Assembly (NCBI GenBank): GCA_964610875.1
Contig: CAZSWP010000043.1
Span: 1-30,821 of the forward strand
Reading direction: 5' to 3'
Length of the DNA stretch: 30,821 nucleotides
DNA from: an uncultured archaeon
Lineage (GTDB): Archaea; Asgardarchaeota; Thorarchaeia; Thorarchaeales; Thorarchaeaceae
Shown: positions 7,568 to 16,717 of the stretch, piece by piece
How positions within the stretch are numbered: position 1 is the stretch's first letter
Layout: each line of letters starts with the position of its first letter
Program-made: the position numbers and the translations under genes
Notes under the pieces: generated by a model
The model's database searches: none
What the model was told of the DNA's origin: nothing
What the model saw: the letters and a program-made list of their open reading frames with translations, nothing else

Positions 7568-7972
7568 TCAATCCATAGCATGGACAATCAATTCTGTAAC
7601 GTTTTCTAGTTCACCAGGGCTAATATACTCCATTATCGATTTTGGTTCATTATCTAGGTCTCTAGAGAAACTAATCTTTGCTATATCAGTATCACGAGTA
7701 ATGGTTATTGATGCTGTTGGCATATATCCAGCTTTTTCAACAAGTCGTTTTGCACATTCCTTAGGACATCCATCAACTGTGATAATCCGTTTAGCAGCCC
7801 GAGATTTCTCATGAGCCATCTCGTCACCACACGCAAGCGATGCTAGACACGAAATGCAAGCTTTTTTCAGACCAGCCTGTTTGACAGCTTCTAATGCAGC
7901 AAGCCCAGCAAGAAGCCCTGTATTTGATAAGCCTCCATAACAAGTGTAGATTAAGGATTCGTGAGTCATCAA
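7568..7972 (-). CDS. DGC-domain (putative zinc-binding) protein
   Basis: YTCYGGLSNTG...ISCL...VDGCPKECA. Confidence 0.88.
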   Translation of the reverse strand: MMTHESLIYTCYGGLSNTGLLAGLAALEAVKQAGLKKACISCLASLACGDEMAHEKSRAAKRIITVDGCPKECAKRLVEKAGYMPTASITITRDTDIAKISFSRDLDNEPKSIMEYISPGELENVTELIVHAMD

Positions 7973-8018
7973 TACTTCATCAACCTCAGAGTAGGACGTT
8001 TTATCTCTATATTTATAT

Positions 8019-8038
8019 ATATCGATGTTTCTATATAT
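8019..8038. promoter_or_regulatory. Putative ArsR-type operator next to a TATA box
   Basis: ATATCGAT-GTTT-CTATATAT; first 12 nt identical to the acr3 operator; minus-strand TATAAATA at ~8009-8016. Confidence 0.6.
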
Positions 8039-8175
8039 CTACCATTTCAACTCGTGTGTGATTATATTGTGATTTCATAGCAACATACTTCAAACTCATG
8101 GATATGCGGTCAAAGTAGACATCGAGATTTTCCAAGGATTCGCTGACTAACCCCCAGTTGCCTTGTAAGGTCAGA

Positions 8176-8700
8176 TCAATCAGCCTTGTATTTACTCAAA
8201 TCAATTGGGCACAACATTTTGAGTGGATTTGTTCTTGCATTACTATGTTTCCTCTTTTGCATTAATTTGCAGTCATCAACCTCCTTTGTTCCACTTAGAA
8301 GTCCAATTGCAAAAGCGAAACAGCCTGATTTACCACAATCAGATTTAGGTAAGAATTCACATAACTGCAGAGCATCGGCATCTTGTTTAATGAATAATAC
8401 ATCATCATCTGGAGGTCTATTGATTTTCAAGTAATCAAATGCCTGATATAATATCTCAGCAATGCTTTTCAAACAAATGATGGCTTCTTCCTTACTTGTT
8501 AGGAAGCTCATTGTGACCTTTCCACTTCCAAATATCGACGCAGTGTGCCCACACACTTTCGTGGTCACACAAGCCAACTCCTTTGAATAGTTTGCATTTC
8601 AGAAATGAAGGAATAGAAGCTCTAGTATTGGCGTGAGATCTGCATTGAACAATGCAATGACTCTTGATCTGCTATTATCTACTAGACATGGTCGGACTAA
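8176..8700 (-). pseudogene. Degraded (Fe-S)-binding protein (COG4871-like)
   Basis: Homology extends upstream of the ORF (RPCLVDNSRSRVIALFNADLTPILELLFLHF*NANYSKE) through an in-frame TGA at 8599-8601; cluster motif shortened (LPKSDCGKSGCFAFA); no clear start. Confidence 0.65.
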
Positions 8701-8796
8701 CAAATGAAGAAATAGATATAATGATATATTTATATAATTCGATATTATATGCATCCAACTTGAAATGCAATAGATTATGCAACGGGTGAAATCATC

Positions 8797-9033
8797 ATGA
8801 AAATCGAGATTCTGAGTAGGGGTTGCTCAAAGTGCGAAACACTTGAGATGATCGTTAGGGAAATAGTTGAAGAACGCGCATTGTCTGCAGAGATTGTCAA
8901 AGTGACCGATGTTAACAAAATGATCGATTATGGAGTCATGCTCACTCCCGGACTTATAGTTAATGGTGAAATCAAAGTCACTGGTCGTTTACCCTCAAGA
9001 ACCGAGATTGAGGAGATGTTAACTAGTAAATAA
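8797..9033 (+). CDS. MTH895-type small redox-active disulfide protein (thioredoxin family)
   Basis: MKIEIL..GCSKC...YGVMLTPGLIVNG...GRLP; GGTGA RBS. Confidence 0.92.
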   Translation: MKIEILSRGCSKCETLEMIVREIVEERALSAEIVKVTDVNKMIDYGVMLTPGLIVNGEIKVTGRLPSRTEIEEMLTSK

Positions 9034-9123
9034 ATCAAACACCAGAGATTCATGTTCTTGAATATTGCACTATCTATTTGTGCCGAGTCTTAAACTTGGG
9101 ATACGTATCATTTGAATTTCATG

Positions 9124-9813
9124 TTATCCAAATGGAAATATCCCAAATAATGGTAGTATCAAGACAATACCAAGAGTCACAAGCAACACACCAACAAAAA
9201 TCTGTACCTTGTGTGCTGACGCAGCCAGAGAACCAGTCATTCGAGTTCGCATCTCCTCAGATAGTAATGCAATTGCAATGTATGGTATCGAAATACCTAG
9301 TGCCATTGCGGTGAATGTCAACACTAATACTACAATTTCCGTTTGAGTACTCATGTAGAGAAGAAAACCTATCACTGCGGTTCCAGAACAAGGTGCTGCA
9401 AGCAATGAATAGAAAAGTCCAATTGTATAGACACCAAAAAGACTCCTAGGTGCTTCGGGTTGGGATTTAAAATTGAGAGATGTCAAACGAAAGAAATGTT
9501 GTAATGACTCAGATGCAGTAACTAATCCAAAGAATATTATTATGAAACCTAAAATTGCTTGAATCGTAATTTGGTTTTGAATTAGAAATAGTCCAATAAA
9601 TACTGATATCAGAGTATAAACCACTAGTGATGAAAGAATGCCTAGAACAAGCACCCCAGTTATAGCTACAGCTTTCTTTTTATTATCAGTAGATTGAAGC
9701 GAACTAATCAAAAACATGGGGAGGAGTGGGAACAGACAAGGTGAGATTGCGGCGTATAAACCGAGTGTGAATCCAAAACCGATATTCAAGAAGATTTGAA
9801 TAATACTCTGCAT
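9124..9813 (-). CDS. ccdA: CcdA/DsbD-type transmembrane disulfide reductase
   Basis: Six TM helices with two PC motifs (SPCLFP, AAPCSG). Confidence 0.87.
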   Translation of the reverse strand: MQSIIQIFLNIGFGFTLGLYAAISPCLFPLLPMFLISSLQSTDNKKKAVAITGVLVLGILSSLVVYTLISVFIGLFLIQNQITIQAILGFIIIFFGLVTASESLQHFFRLTSLNFKSQPEAPRSLFGVYTIGLFYSLLAAPCSGTAVIGFLLYMSTQTEIVVLVLTFTAMALGISIPYIAIALLSEEMRTRMTGSLAASAHKVQIFVGVLLVTLGIVLILPLFGIFPFG

Positions 9814-9825
9814 AAGATATCCACC

Positions 9826-10401
9826 TCATCTATCAAGAGTTGAAAGGGTTTCTGATATATCCTCGCTACTCCACACTCCAACATGAAGCCAACGAAAATA
9901 TCCGTCATCGTCTATGATTACCAAAGTTGGTACAGATCGAGCATTAAAATACGAACCAAACACTCCACCAGTATCTAATCCAACATACCATGAAATACTG
10001 TTATCCGATTTATAATTTTCAACTCTTTCTATTGTATCGCTTAAAACAAGACTCAAAGATATGATTTCCAAACGTCCTTCATAATCTTCGTATAGATTCT
10101 TTAGATGGGTTGTTTGTTGCTGACAGGGAATACATTCACCAGTTTGCATCAGATCAACAACAACAAAACTTCCTTGTAATGAGTGTAACTCCAAGACCTC
10201 TCCATCAGACATTAAAAGACCCCAATTAGGTGCAGCAAGTTCAAGCTCTAGGAGGTCAGTATCTTCAGTAATACTGCTTGTTGAATTGTCAGAAGTGTTG
10301 GATGAGCCAGGATCATATGTTAGAAATATTGCCGCGATGCCGACCCCGAGGATAATTAAAACACAAAAAAGTCCGGACATCAATTGCTGCCATGATTCCA
10401 T
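9826..10401 (-). CDS. Membrane-anchored TlpA/ResA-like thiol-disulfide oxidoreductase
   Basis: N-terminal TM helix, Ser/Thr linker, CIPC, cis-Pro motif SVPTLVIID. Confidence 0.85.
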   Translation of the reverse strand: MESWQQLMSGLFCVLIILGVGIAAIFLTYDPGSSNTSDNSTSSITEDTDLLELELAAPNWGLLMSDGEVLELHSLQGSFVVVDLMQTGECIPCQQQTTHLKNLYEDYEGRLEIISLSLVLSDTIERVENYKSDNSISWYVGLDTGGVFGSYFNARSVPTLVIIDDDGYFRWLHVGVWSSEDISETLSTLDR

Positions 10402-10525
10402 ATCAACACCAACCTTTTTTTAATGAGCTTCGTAAAACCGCATGTATTCATAGCTTTATTTAAATATAGTGATAATTTAAAGTGTTAGAATCACTTCTGA
10501 TTTTTCGTATCCAGTTAACATTACA

Positions 10526-11578
10526 TTAGGATAGACTAGGAGAATCGGACTCCCTCCAAAATCCTCTGATGTTGAGTTTCTTAGACAAATACACAAGCCC
10601 CAACATAACAGGTACTTCCCAGAAGAGTCCCATAGTAGTACCTAAGGCGGCAATCGAACCAACACCGTAGATAGCAATGGCGGTCGCGATTGCAATTTCA
10701 AAGTGACTGGAGGACCCAATTAGTACCGTAATCACACCCTCAGGATATGCAAGACCAGCAACCCGGGTGATGATTAGATTATATCCAACAACGATAGCAA
10801 ATCCGATTAAGAGAGGAATCGAAACAAGTAAGAGAAGATCTGGATTTTCAAGCATTACACCACCATTTAAAGAGAAGAGAACAATAAGAGTACTCAATAG
10901 AGCTATCAGTGCTATTTTTCCAACGAATGGACGATAACGGTTCTCAAACCACTCAACCCCCTTAGATTTCATCAAGTACTTTTTACTGACTATACCTATA
11001 ATGAGAGGCAGTCCGATGAATAAAAGGACTGAAACGAAAAGAAGCCATCGATCAAGGGGTATTGCGGATATCCCACTAAGGAGTGCTACAATTGGAGCAT
11101 ACAAGAACATGATAGTGGCAGTGTTAAGACTAGTATTTACGACATTTTGTTCCTGATTACCTTTAGCCAAATAGCCCCACACTAATACCATGGCTGTACA
11201 TGGACTTGAAGACAGAAGAATGATGGCGACAATGAGTTGTGGATTTCCTCCTAGAAAGATGTTTGCCAATGCAAATCCAACAATGGGAGCAATGATCCAA
11301 TTCGAGAATAATGTGAGAATGATGGGTTTGGGAGCGTTCCTAAGCTTCTGAAGTTCGGACATTTGGATGTTTAACATAGCAGGATACATCATGAAGAAAA
11401 GAAATATTCCAATCGGAATTGAAATTCCTCCCCACTGCAAGGAAGCAATTGCTTCGCTTACTCCGGGAAGGATTTGAGAGAGAATGATGCCAACTATCAT
11501 ACATACTGCTACCCATAATGGGAGATACTTTTCGAACATACTAAGATGCTTCTTTTCCTCTTTTTGGACTTCCTGCAT
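10526..11578 (-). CDS. acr3: Acr3 arsenite efflux transporter
   Basis: FEKYLPLWV, MMYPAM, NWIIAP, SPCTAMVLVW, SSHFEIAIA and WEVPVML motifs. Confidence 0.93.
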   Translation of the reverse strand: MQEVQKEEKKHLSMFEKYLPLWVAVCMIVGIILSQILPGVSEAIASLQWGGISIPIGIFLFFMMYPAMLNIQMSELQKLRNAPKPIILTLFSNWIIAPIVGFALANIFLGGNPQLIVAIILLSSSPCTAMVLVWGYLAKGNQEQNVVNTSLNTATIMFLYAPIVALLSGISAIPLDRWLLFVSVLLFIGLPLIIGIVSKKYLMKSKGVEWFENRYRPFVGKIALIALLSTLIVLFSLNGGVMLENPDLLLLVSIPLLIGFAIVVGYNLIITRVAGLAYPEGVITVLIGSSSHFEIAIATAIAIYGVGSIAALGTTMGLFWEVPVMLGLVYLSKKLNIRGFWRESDSPSLS

Positions 11579-11606
11579 ATCATCATCATCTCAAGTTACA
11601 TTTTGT

Positions 11607-11628
11607 AATATCGATGTTTATCGATATT
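11607..11628. promoter_or_regulatory. Perfect 9-4-9 inverted repeat, putative ArsR operator of acr3
   Basis: AATATCGAT-GTTT-ATCGATATT abutting a minus-strand TATAAATA (11626-11633); extra half-site ATCGATAT at 11636-11643. Confidence 0.75.
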
Positions 11629-11647
11629 TATATTTATCGATATATTC

Positions 11648-12265
11648 GTGATGGCTTCAAGTTTGTGGCTAAAGTCAACAGAGTATCAGATAAGTCAAGA
11701 TCTAGGTTTTAGTCAACAGCTTGTTTCATCACATCTAAAGATGATGGAAAAGGCGAATTTGGTTCAATCCGAATTTATACAAGGTTCTAATGGACCAAAA
11801 AGAAGGATATATTCATTGCATAGAAGTCTATTGTTGACATTCGAATTAGCCCCATTTCTCTTTAGAACAAGAATCTTATCCTTTTCCGAAAGACCTCGGA
11901 AAACTCGGCGTTCAAAAGAATCGAGTCAATTCCTGGAATTACTTGATTCTGTTACTGAATTGGAAATCGATAAGGAAAAAATCGGTTCGTATACTGACCT
12001 TTTGCAAGTGATTGATAAAAAATTAGACCAACTTGAAAATGAACGCGCTGCTTTACTTTATGCGAGAAATCGAGTTGTACAGGATGCATCAGATGTTGTA
12101 ATGAAAATAGATAATCTTGACTCAAGACGAGTTCTCTATTATATAATTAATAATCCAGATTATGATATAGACAATCTCTCTCGAAGATTGAATCTACGTG
12201 AAGAGACCATCAGACATGCATTGGACACATTAAAAGAAAACAACATCATTCCTAGAAAGATGTAG
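11648..12265 (+). CDS. Archaeal ArsR-family (COG1777-like) regulator, apparently 5'-truncated
   Basis: ISQDLGFSQQLVSSHLKMME..LV...GPKRRIYSL, coiled coil and C-terminal HTH; lacks the usual N-terminal LGNxTRRxIL helices. Confidence 0.7.
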   Translation: MMASSLWLKSTEYQISQDLGFSQQLVSSHLKMMEKANLVQSEFIQGSNGPKRRIYSLHRSLLLTFELAPFLFRTRILSFSERPRKTRRSKESSQFLELLDSVTELEIDKEKIGSYTDLLQVIDKKLDQLENERAALLYARNRVVQDASDVVMKIDNLDSRRVLYYIINNPDYDIDNLSRRLNLREETIRHALDTLKENNIIPRKM

Positions 12266-12396
12266 ATTACGATGATGGTGGTATCATTATAGTTTGATGC
12301 TATAATGTTGAATTGGTTTTGGAATAATCTATGTCTTCTAAATATACCCAGCTAGATACTCACCTTTATAGAAGGTGACGCAACATTACAAAAGGA

Positions 12397-13002
12397 ATGA
12401 ATATGCAAACACAAGTTGACAATAAACCGTACATCATCTATCTAATCATACTATTACTATACTTGATTCCCGGATTGAACGTTCTCTTATTGGGAGAATC
12501 AGATATCTATCTCAATATTATTCGTTTCTCTGCGTTGACTGGACTTGTTTCTCTGTTCATTTCAACAATATTATCCAACTATCTTAGAGAAGTTCGCAAG
12601 ATTTTCGGAAAGCCGTTCCTAAGAGTACATCATTGGTTTGCTGCACTTGGTCTTATCCTTATCACAATTCATCCTGTTGTGTTTGCTATATATACAGCAA
12701 GTGTATTGGTCTTCATTCCCGATTTCTCATCTTGGTATGCATTCTGGAGTCTTGCTGGAAGACCTGCATTATATCTAGCATATGTCGCAACTCTGGCGGG
12801 AATCCTGAGAAATAGGACACAGAAATACTGGAGATATATCCATGGAATTATGTATGTAGTATTAGGCTTTGCATTTGTTCATGGACTACTGATAGGTACA
12901 AATTTCGCCAATATGTTCATTGCAATCTTTTTCGCAATATTATTGTTAGTTTCATATTCACTAGCAGTCTTGAAACGTATTCGTGCATATAGATCCTCAT
13001 AG
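12397..13002 (+). CDS. Ferric-reductase-like (MsrQ-type) heme b membrane protein
   Basis: Six TM helices, His pattern VHHW..IHP...YIHG..VHG, WRYIH motif. Confidence 0.8.
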   Translation: MNMQTQVDNKPYIIYLIILLLYLIPGLNVLLLGESDIYLNIIRFSALTGLVSLFISTILSNYLREVRKIFGKPFLRVHHWFAALGLILITIHPVVFAIYTASVLVFIPDFSSWYAFWSLAGRPALYLAYVATLAGILRNRTQKYWRYIHGIMYVVLGFAFVHGLLIGTNFANMFIAIFFAILLLVSYSLAVLKRIRAYRSS

Positions 13003-13052
13003 ATGGATGGCTACATCAATTCATACCAGATTTCCATTATTGACACGAACAT

Positions 13053-15905
13053 CTATTCATCTATTTCGTCTTCTTCACAGATCTCTTCTTTATCATGACC
13101 TAGCAGTTTGTAGACTGGTGCTAGAAGTCCCACAAGACAGAGGACTAATATCAAAACCCATAGCTCCAAACCCAGTGCCATAGTACCGAAGGCTATTGAG
13201 AGTGGAGTGTAAAGCACCAGTAAAGTTAGGACGAATGAGAATAATACTGCGATGATAAGCGCCTTAGATTTTCTAATACATGTTCGCCAAACTGGGTGGA
13301 ACTCATCTCGGCAATTCCAGACCCATAAGAGCTGGAAAAGGACCATGGTAGTAAAAGTTGCAGTCTGTGCCATTTTCAGTACGTCTGAATACTGAGTCAA
13401 TTCCCAATCTACAGTAGGACCAGTTATTCCTGGGATGAAACCAATATTTGACCATAGTACAAAGAAGTATACGAAACTTGCTGCAAAGGTGGCAAGAATT
13501 CCCCCTATGAATATCATCCGAATCATGCCTTTGTCTAACATACGACTACCTGGCTTTCTCGGACATCTTGCCATGATATCCTCTGGAGGTGGGTCAAATC
13601 CAAGTGCAAGTGCAGGAGGGCCGTCAGTGACCAGATTGATCCACAGTATCATTACAGGTGTCAGTGGAATGGGTAAACCTATCATCGCCATCAGGAAGAC
13701 AAGTAGTACCTCTCCGGTATTTGCTGAAAGAAGGAATCTGACAAATTTTCGAATATTGGCATATATCTCTCTACCAACTTCTATTGCAGATACTATCGTG
13801 GCAAAGTTGTCATCCGTAAGAATTAGGTCTGATGATTCCTTTGTGACTCCTGCTCCTCGAATACCCATTGCAATCCCCACATCAGCAGTCTTTATTGCAG
13901 GTGCATCATTGACCCCATCACCTGTCATCGCCACAACTTGATTTTGACGTCGTAAAGATCGCACGATTCGCAATTTATGCTCGGGGGCTACTCGCGCAAA
14001 CACATCTCGCTCTCGAACCACTTTGTCTAACTCTTCATCAGTCATATCAGCTAGTTCTGCACCTGTGATTGCTGTGCTATCGGAATGCGTCAGGCCAACA
14101 CTCTTAGCAATTGAAGTTGCTGTGAGTGCATGATCTCCAGTTATCATAATAGGGCGGATTCCAGACTGTCGGGATTTCTTAATGGCATCTCTTACACCAT
14201 CTCTAGGTGGGTCTATCATGCCTACCAGCCCAATGAAGACGAGATTGTTTTCAACTTCTTCCTCATCCCATTCTCCTGAGTGGTCTTTGAGTTTTTTGTA
14301 AGCTAAAGCCAGTACTCTCATTGCACAACCTGCCATAGCTGCATTTGCCTCTAGAATTTCTTTTCTCATTTCGGGGTCCAATTGTTTTTCAGTTTGTTCA
14401 ACAAGAATCTTAGCAGACCTTTCCAGTATAATCTCAGGTGCACCTTTTGAGAAGGTCCAAAGCTGTCCCTCATTATCGCGATAGATGGAAGACATCCGTT
14501 TTCTCTTGGAATCGAATGAAAACTCTGTTATCTCTTCATAGTGTGATCGTGTATCATTGTAGCTGATTCCAGCTTTTTCAGCGGTGACGAGTAACGCACC
14601 TTCAGTGGGGTCACCCATGACTTTCCAGACGGATTCATTCTCAGGATTCTCAGATAATAAGGCATTTGAGCAGAGTTGTCCAGTCTTTAGTAACATCTCA
14701 AGTTCATTACTTTCCTTTACATCAAATGGATCGTTTATCTGGAACAAAGCCACGCAGCTTGCTGGTCGAGGTGCATTATGGAATTCACCTTTTTTGCGAT
14801 ATCCTGTTCCTGAAACAGTGATCTTAGCAGATGGAAGATACATATAACGCACAGTCATCTCGTTCCTCGTAATCGTACCCGTTTTATCAGAACAGATGAC
14901 GGTGGTGGATCCCAGGGTTTCAACGCTAGGTAATTTCCGTACTATCGCATTCCTCTGCACCATTCTACTTACACCAAGAGCAAGAGTCACAGTGACAACC
15001 GCTGGGAGACCTTCTGGTATTGCGGCCACCGCCACTGCTATTGAAACAAAAAGTGCTTCAGTCCAATCATACGATGTGTTAACAAAGACAAGCGAGATAA
15101 AGACAATAATTGATAGAACGAGGACAATACCTCCCAACTTTCTACCTAAATCTTGAAGGTCTACTTGCAATGGAGTCATATCATCATCGCTTTCTTGAAC
15201 CATTTGAGCAATCTTTCCAAATTCAGTTTTCATTCCTGTAGCTGTGACTACTGCAGTGCCTTTACCCTGCGTCACGACTGACCCTTGAAAGACGAGATTC
15301 ACCATATCGCCTACTACTGGTTTTTCAGTCGTTATTTTCTTGACACTTTTCTGAACTGCCATCGATTCTCCTGTTAGTGGAGCTTCATCCGTCGCTAGAC
15401 CAACTGCGTTCAGCAACCGTGCATCAGCTGGTACAATGTCGCCAGTTTCAATAGTGATGATATCTCCGGGGACAAGATCTCGTGCTTCAATCTCTTGTAA
15501 GTTGCCGCCACGCTTGACAATCGCCATCGGAGCTGAAAGATCTTTTAGTGCATCCAATGCTTTTTCTGACCTATATTCCTGCACAAATCCAAATAGAGCA
15601 TTGATTATTACAATCGCAGATATGACTATAGCATCAATGAAACCCTCTTCTTCATGACTACCATGAAGCACTACCGTCAGTATTGAAATGACAATAGCGA
15701 CTAACAGAATGAATACCATAGGATTCATGAATTGCTCCAGAAGCATTCTAAGTGGTCCTATACGTTCCACTTCTTCTATCTCGTTTGGGCCATATTCAGA
15801 CAGTCTCTGCTTAGCTTCTTCACTAGTCAACCCATCTTTTGAAGTGTTGAGTAATTCTAAGGTGTCATCAGGTGTTTCTCTGAACCATTCGTGCAGTTGA
15901 CTCAT
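13053..15905 (-). CDS. P2A-type cation (Ca2+)-transporting P-type ATPase
   Basis: TGES, PEGL, DKTGT, KGAPE, TGDH, TGDGVNDAP and WINLVTDG motifs; likely start ATG 15905 (ORF track starts at 15950). Confidence 0.93.
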   Translation of the reverse strand: MSQLHEWFRETPDDTLELLNTSKDGLTSEEAKQRLSEYGPNEIEEVERIGPLRMLLEQFMNPMVFILLVAIVISILTVVLHGSHEEEGFIDAIVISAIVIINALFGFVQEYRSEKALDALKDLSAPMAIVKRGGNLQEIEARDLVPGDIITIETGDIVPADARLLNAVGLATDEAPLTGESMAVQKSVKKITTEKPVVGDMVNLVFQGSVVTQGKGTAVVTATGMKTEFGKIAQMVQESDDDMTPLQVDLQDLGRKLGGIVLVLSIIVFISLVFVNTSYDWTEALFVSIAVAVAAIPEGLPAVVTVTLALGVSRMVQRNAIVRKLPSVETLGSTTVICSDKTGTITRNEMTVRYMYLPSAKITVSGTGYRKKGEFHNAPRPASCVALFQINDPFDVKESNELEMLLKTGQLCSNALLSENPENESVWKVMGDPTEGALLVTAEKAGISYNDTRSHYEEITEFSFDSKRKRMSSIYRDNEGQLWTFSKGAPEIILERSAKILVEQTEKQLDPEMRKEILEANAAMAGCAMRVLALAYKKLKDHSGEWDEEEVENNLVFIGLVGMIDPPRDGVRDAIKKSRQSGIRPIMITGDHALTATSIAKSVGLTHSDSTAITGAELADMTDEELDKVVRERDVFARVAPEHKLRIVRSLRRQNQVVAMTGDGVNDAPAIKTADVGIAMGIRGAGVTKESSDLILTDDNFATIVSAIEVGREIYANIRKFVRFLLSANTGEVLLVFLMAMIGLPIPLTPVMILWINLVTDGPPALALGFDPPPEDIMARCPRKPGSRMLDKGMIRMIFIGGILATFAASFVYFFVLWSNIGFIPGITGPTVDWELTQYSDVLKMAQTATFTTMVLFQLLWVWNCRDEFHPVWRTCIRKSKALIIAVLFSFVLTLLVLYTPLSIAFGTMALGLELWVLILVLCLVGLLAPVYKLLGHDKEEICEEDEIDE

Positions 15906-16158
15906 TCTCTCAGTACACCAAATCCTGTAATATGGTGCACAAATTCCCACGTTTATTATTGCTTCGATAGATACAGAAACAATATCTTTGATGCTCTATA
16001 ACCGATACAACGATTTCGATAACAGTAAAAACGAGTACTTCAAAGAACGGAAAAACTTTGAAAGCCATATAGAGTCATTTCAATAGATTACTACAATAGA
16101 TCTGATGAATAGGAGATTCAACGGATATTGGGTTCAAATGCAATGACATATTAGATAA

Positions 16159-16166
16159 TTTTATAA
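16159..16166 (+). promoter_or_regulatory. TATA box for the riboswitch-crcB transcript
   Basis: TTTTATAA about 25 bp upstream of the riboswitch 5' end. Confidence 0.55.
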
Positions 16167-16186
16167 GGACCCATTAAGAGAACCAA

Positions 16187-16240
16187 ATGGTGATGGAATC
16201 CACCATCAAAACTGCCCATCAGGCTGATGATTCCTACTTT
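16187..16240 (+). ncRNA. Fluoride (crcB) riboswitch
   Basis: GGTGATGGAATCCACC-ATCAAAACT-GCCCATCAGGC-TGATGATTCCTAC fits the consensus GGYGAUGG..RCC...UAAUGA..CCUAC; pseudoknot GGAAUC/GAUUCC; directly upstream of crcB. Confidence 0.93.
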
Positions 16241-16264
16241 TAGAAATCAAGTATCATCAGTGCA

Positions 16265-16717
16265 ATGGTGAGCAGAAAAGTGAAGACACAGAAAGCTAAA
16301 TTGTGGTTGGTAGTAGGACTTGCTGGCGTATTCGGCGCTATAAGCCGATGGAGTATCTATTTACTGCTAGAATCGTTAATGATGTCAAGCTCTGTTGTCA
16401 CTTTTATGATAAACATCTCTGGTTGTCTTGTGTTGGGCCTCGTACTTGGTTCTTGGTCGCAAAAGATAGATCATTTGAACCATATTGCATCAGGTTTTCT
16501 AGGGTCTTATACAACGTTCTCCACTGTTATGGTTGATTCATTTGTTCTATGGTCCAGTTCAAATCTCCTAGCCCCAGTTTTTTTATTTTTCAGTCAAACA
16601 CTCCTAGGATACATTGCTTTCAAGCTAGGTAAGAGCTTTGTAAGTTCAATCAATATGAAGATCAATGGCAACCTACAAGAGAATACATCACCCAGGAGTA
16701 AAGAACACATTGTTTGA
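16265..16717 (+). CDS. crcB: Fluc/CrcB fluoride channel subunit 1
   Basis: GVFGAISRW, INISGC, GFLGSYTTFST. Confidence 0.9.
   Translation: MVSRKVKTQKAKLWLVVGLAGVFGAISRWSIYLLLESLMMSSSVVTFMINISGCLVLGLVLGSWSQKIDHLNHIASGFLGSYTTFSTVMVDSFVLWSSSNLLAPVFLFFSQTLLGYIAFKLGKSFVSSINMKINGNLQENTSPRSKEHIV

Noticed and set aside
8599-8601. In-frame TGA as selenocysteine (also 27966-27968), since some Asgard archaea encode Sec
   Set aside because: Neither TGA aligns with a Cys or redox position, both genes carry other signs of decay, and no convincing SECIS was seen on the coding strand.
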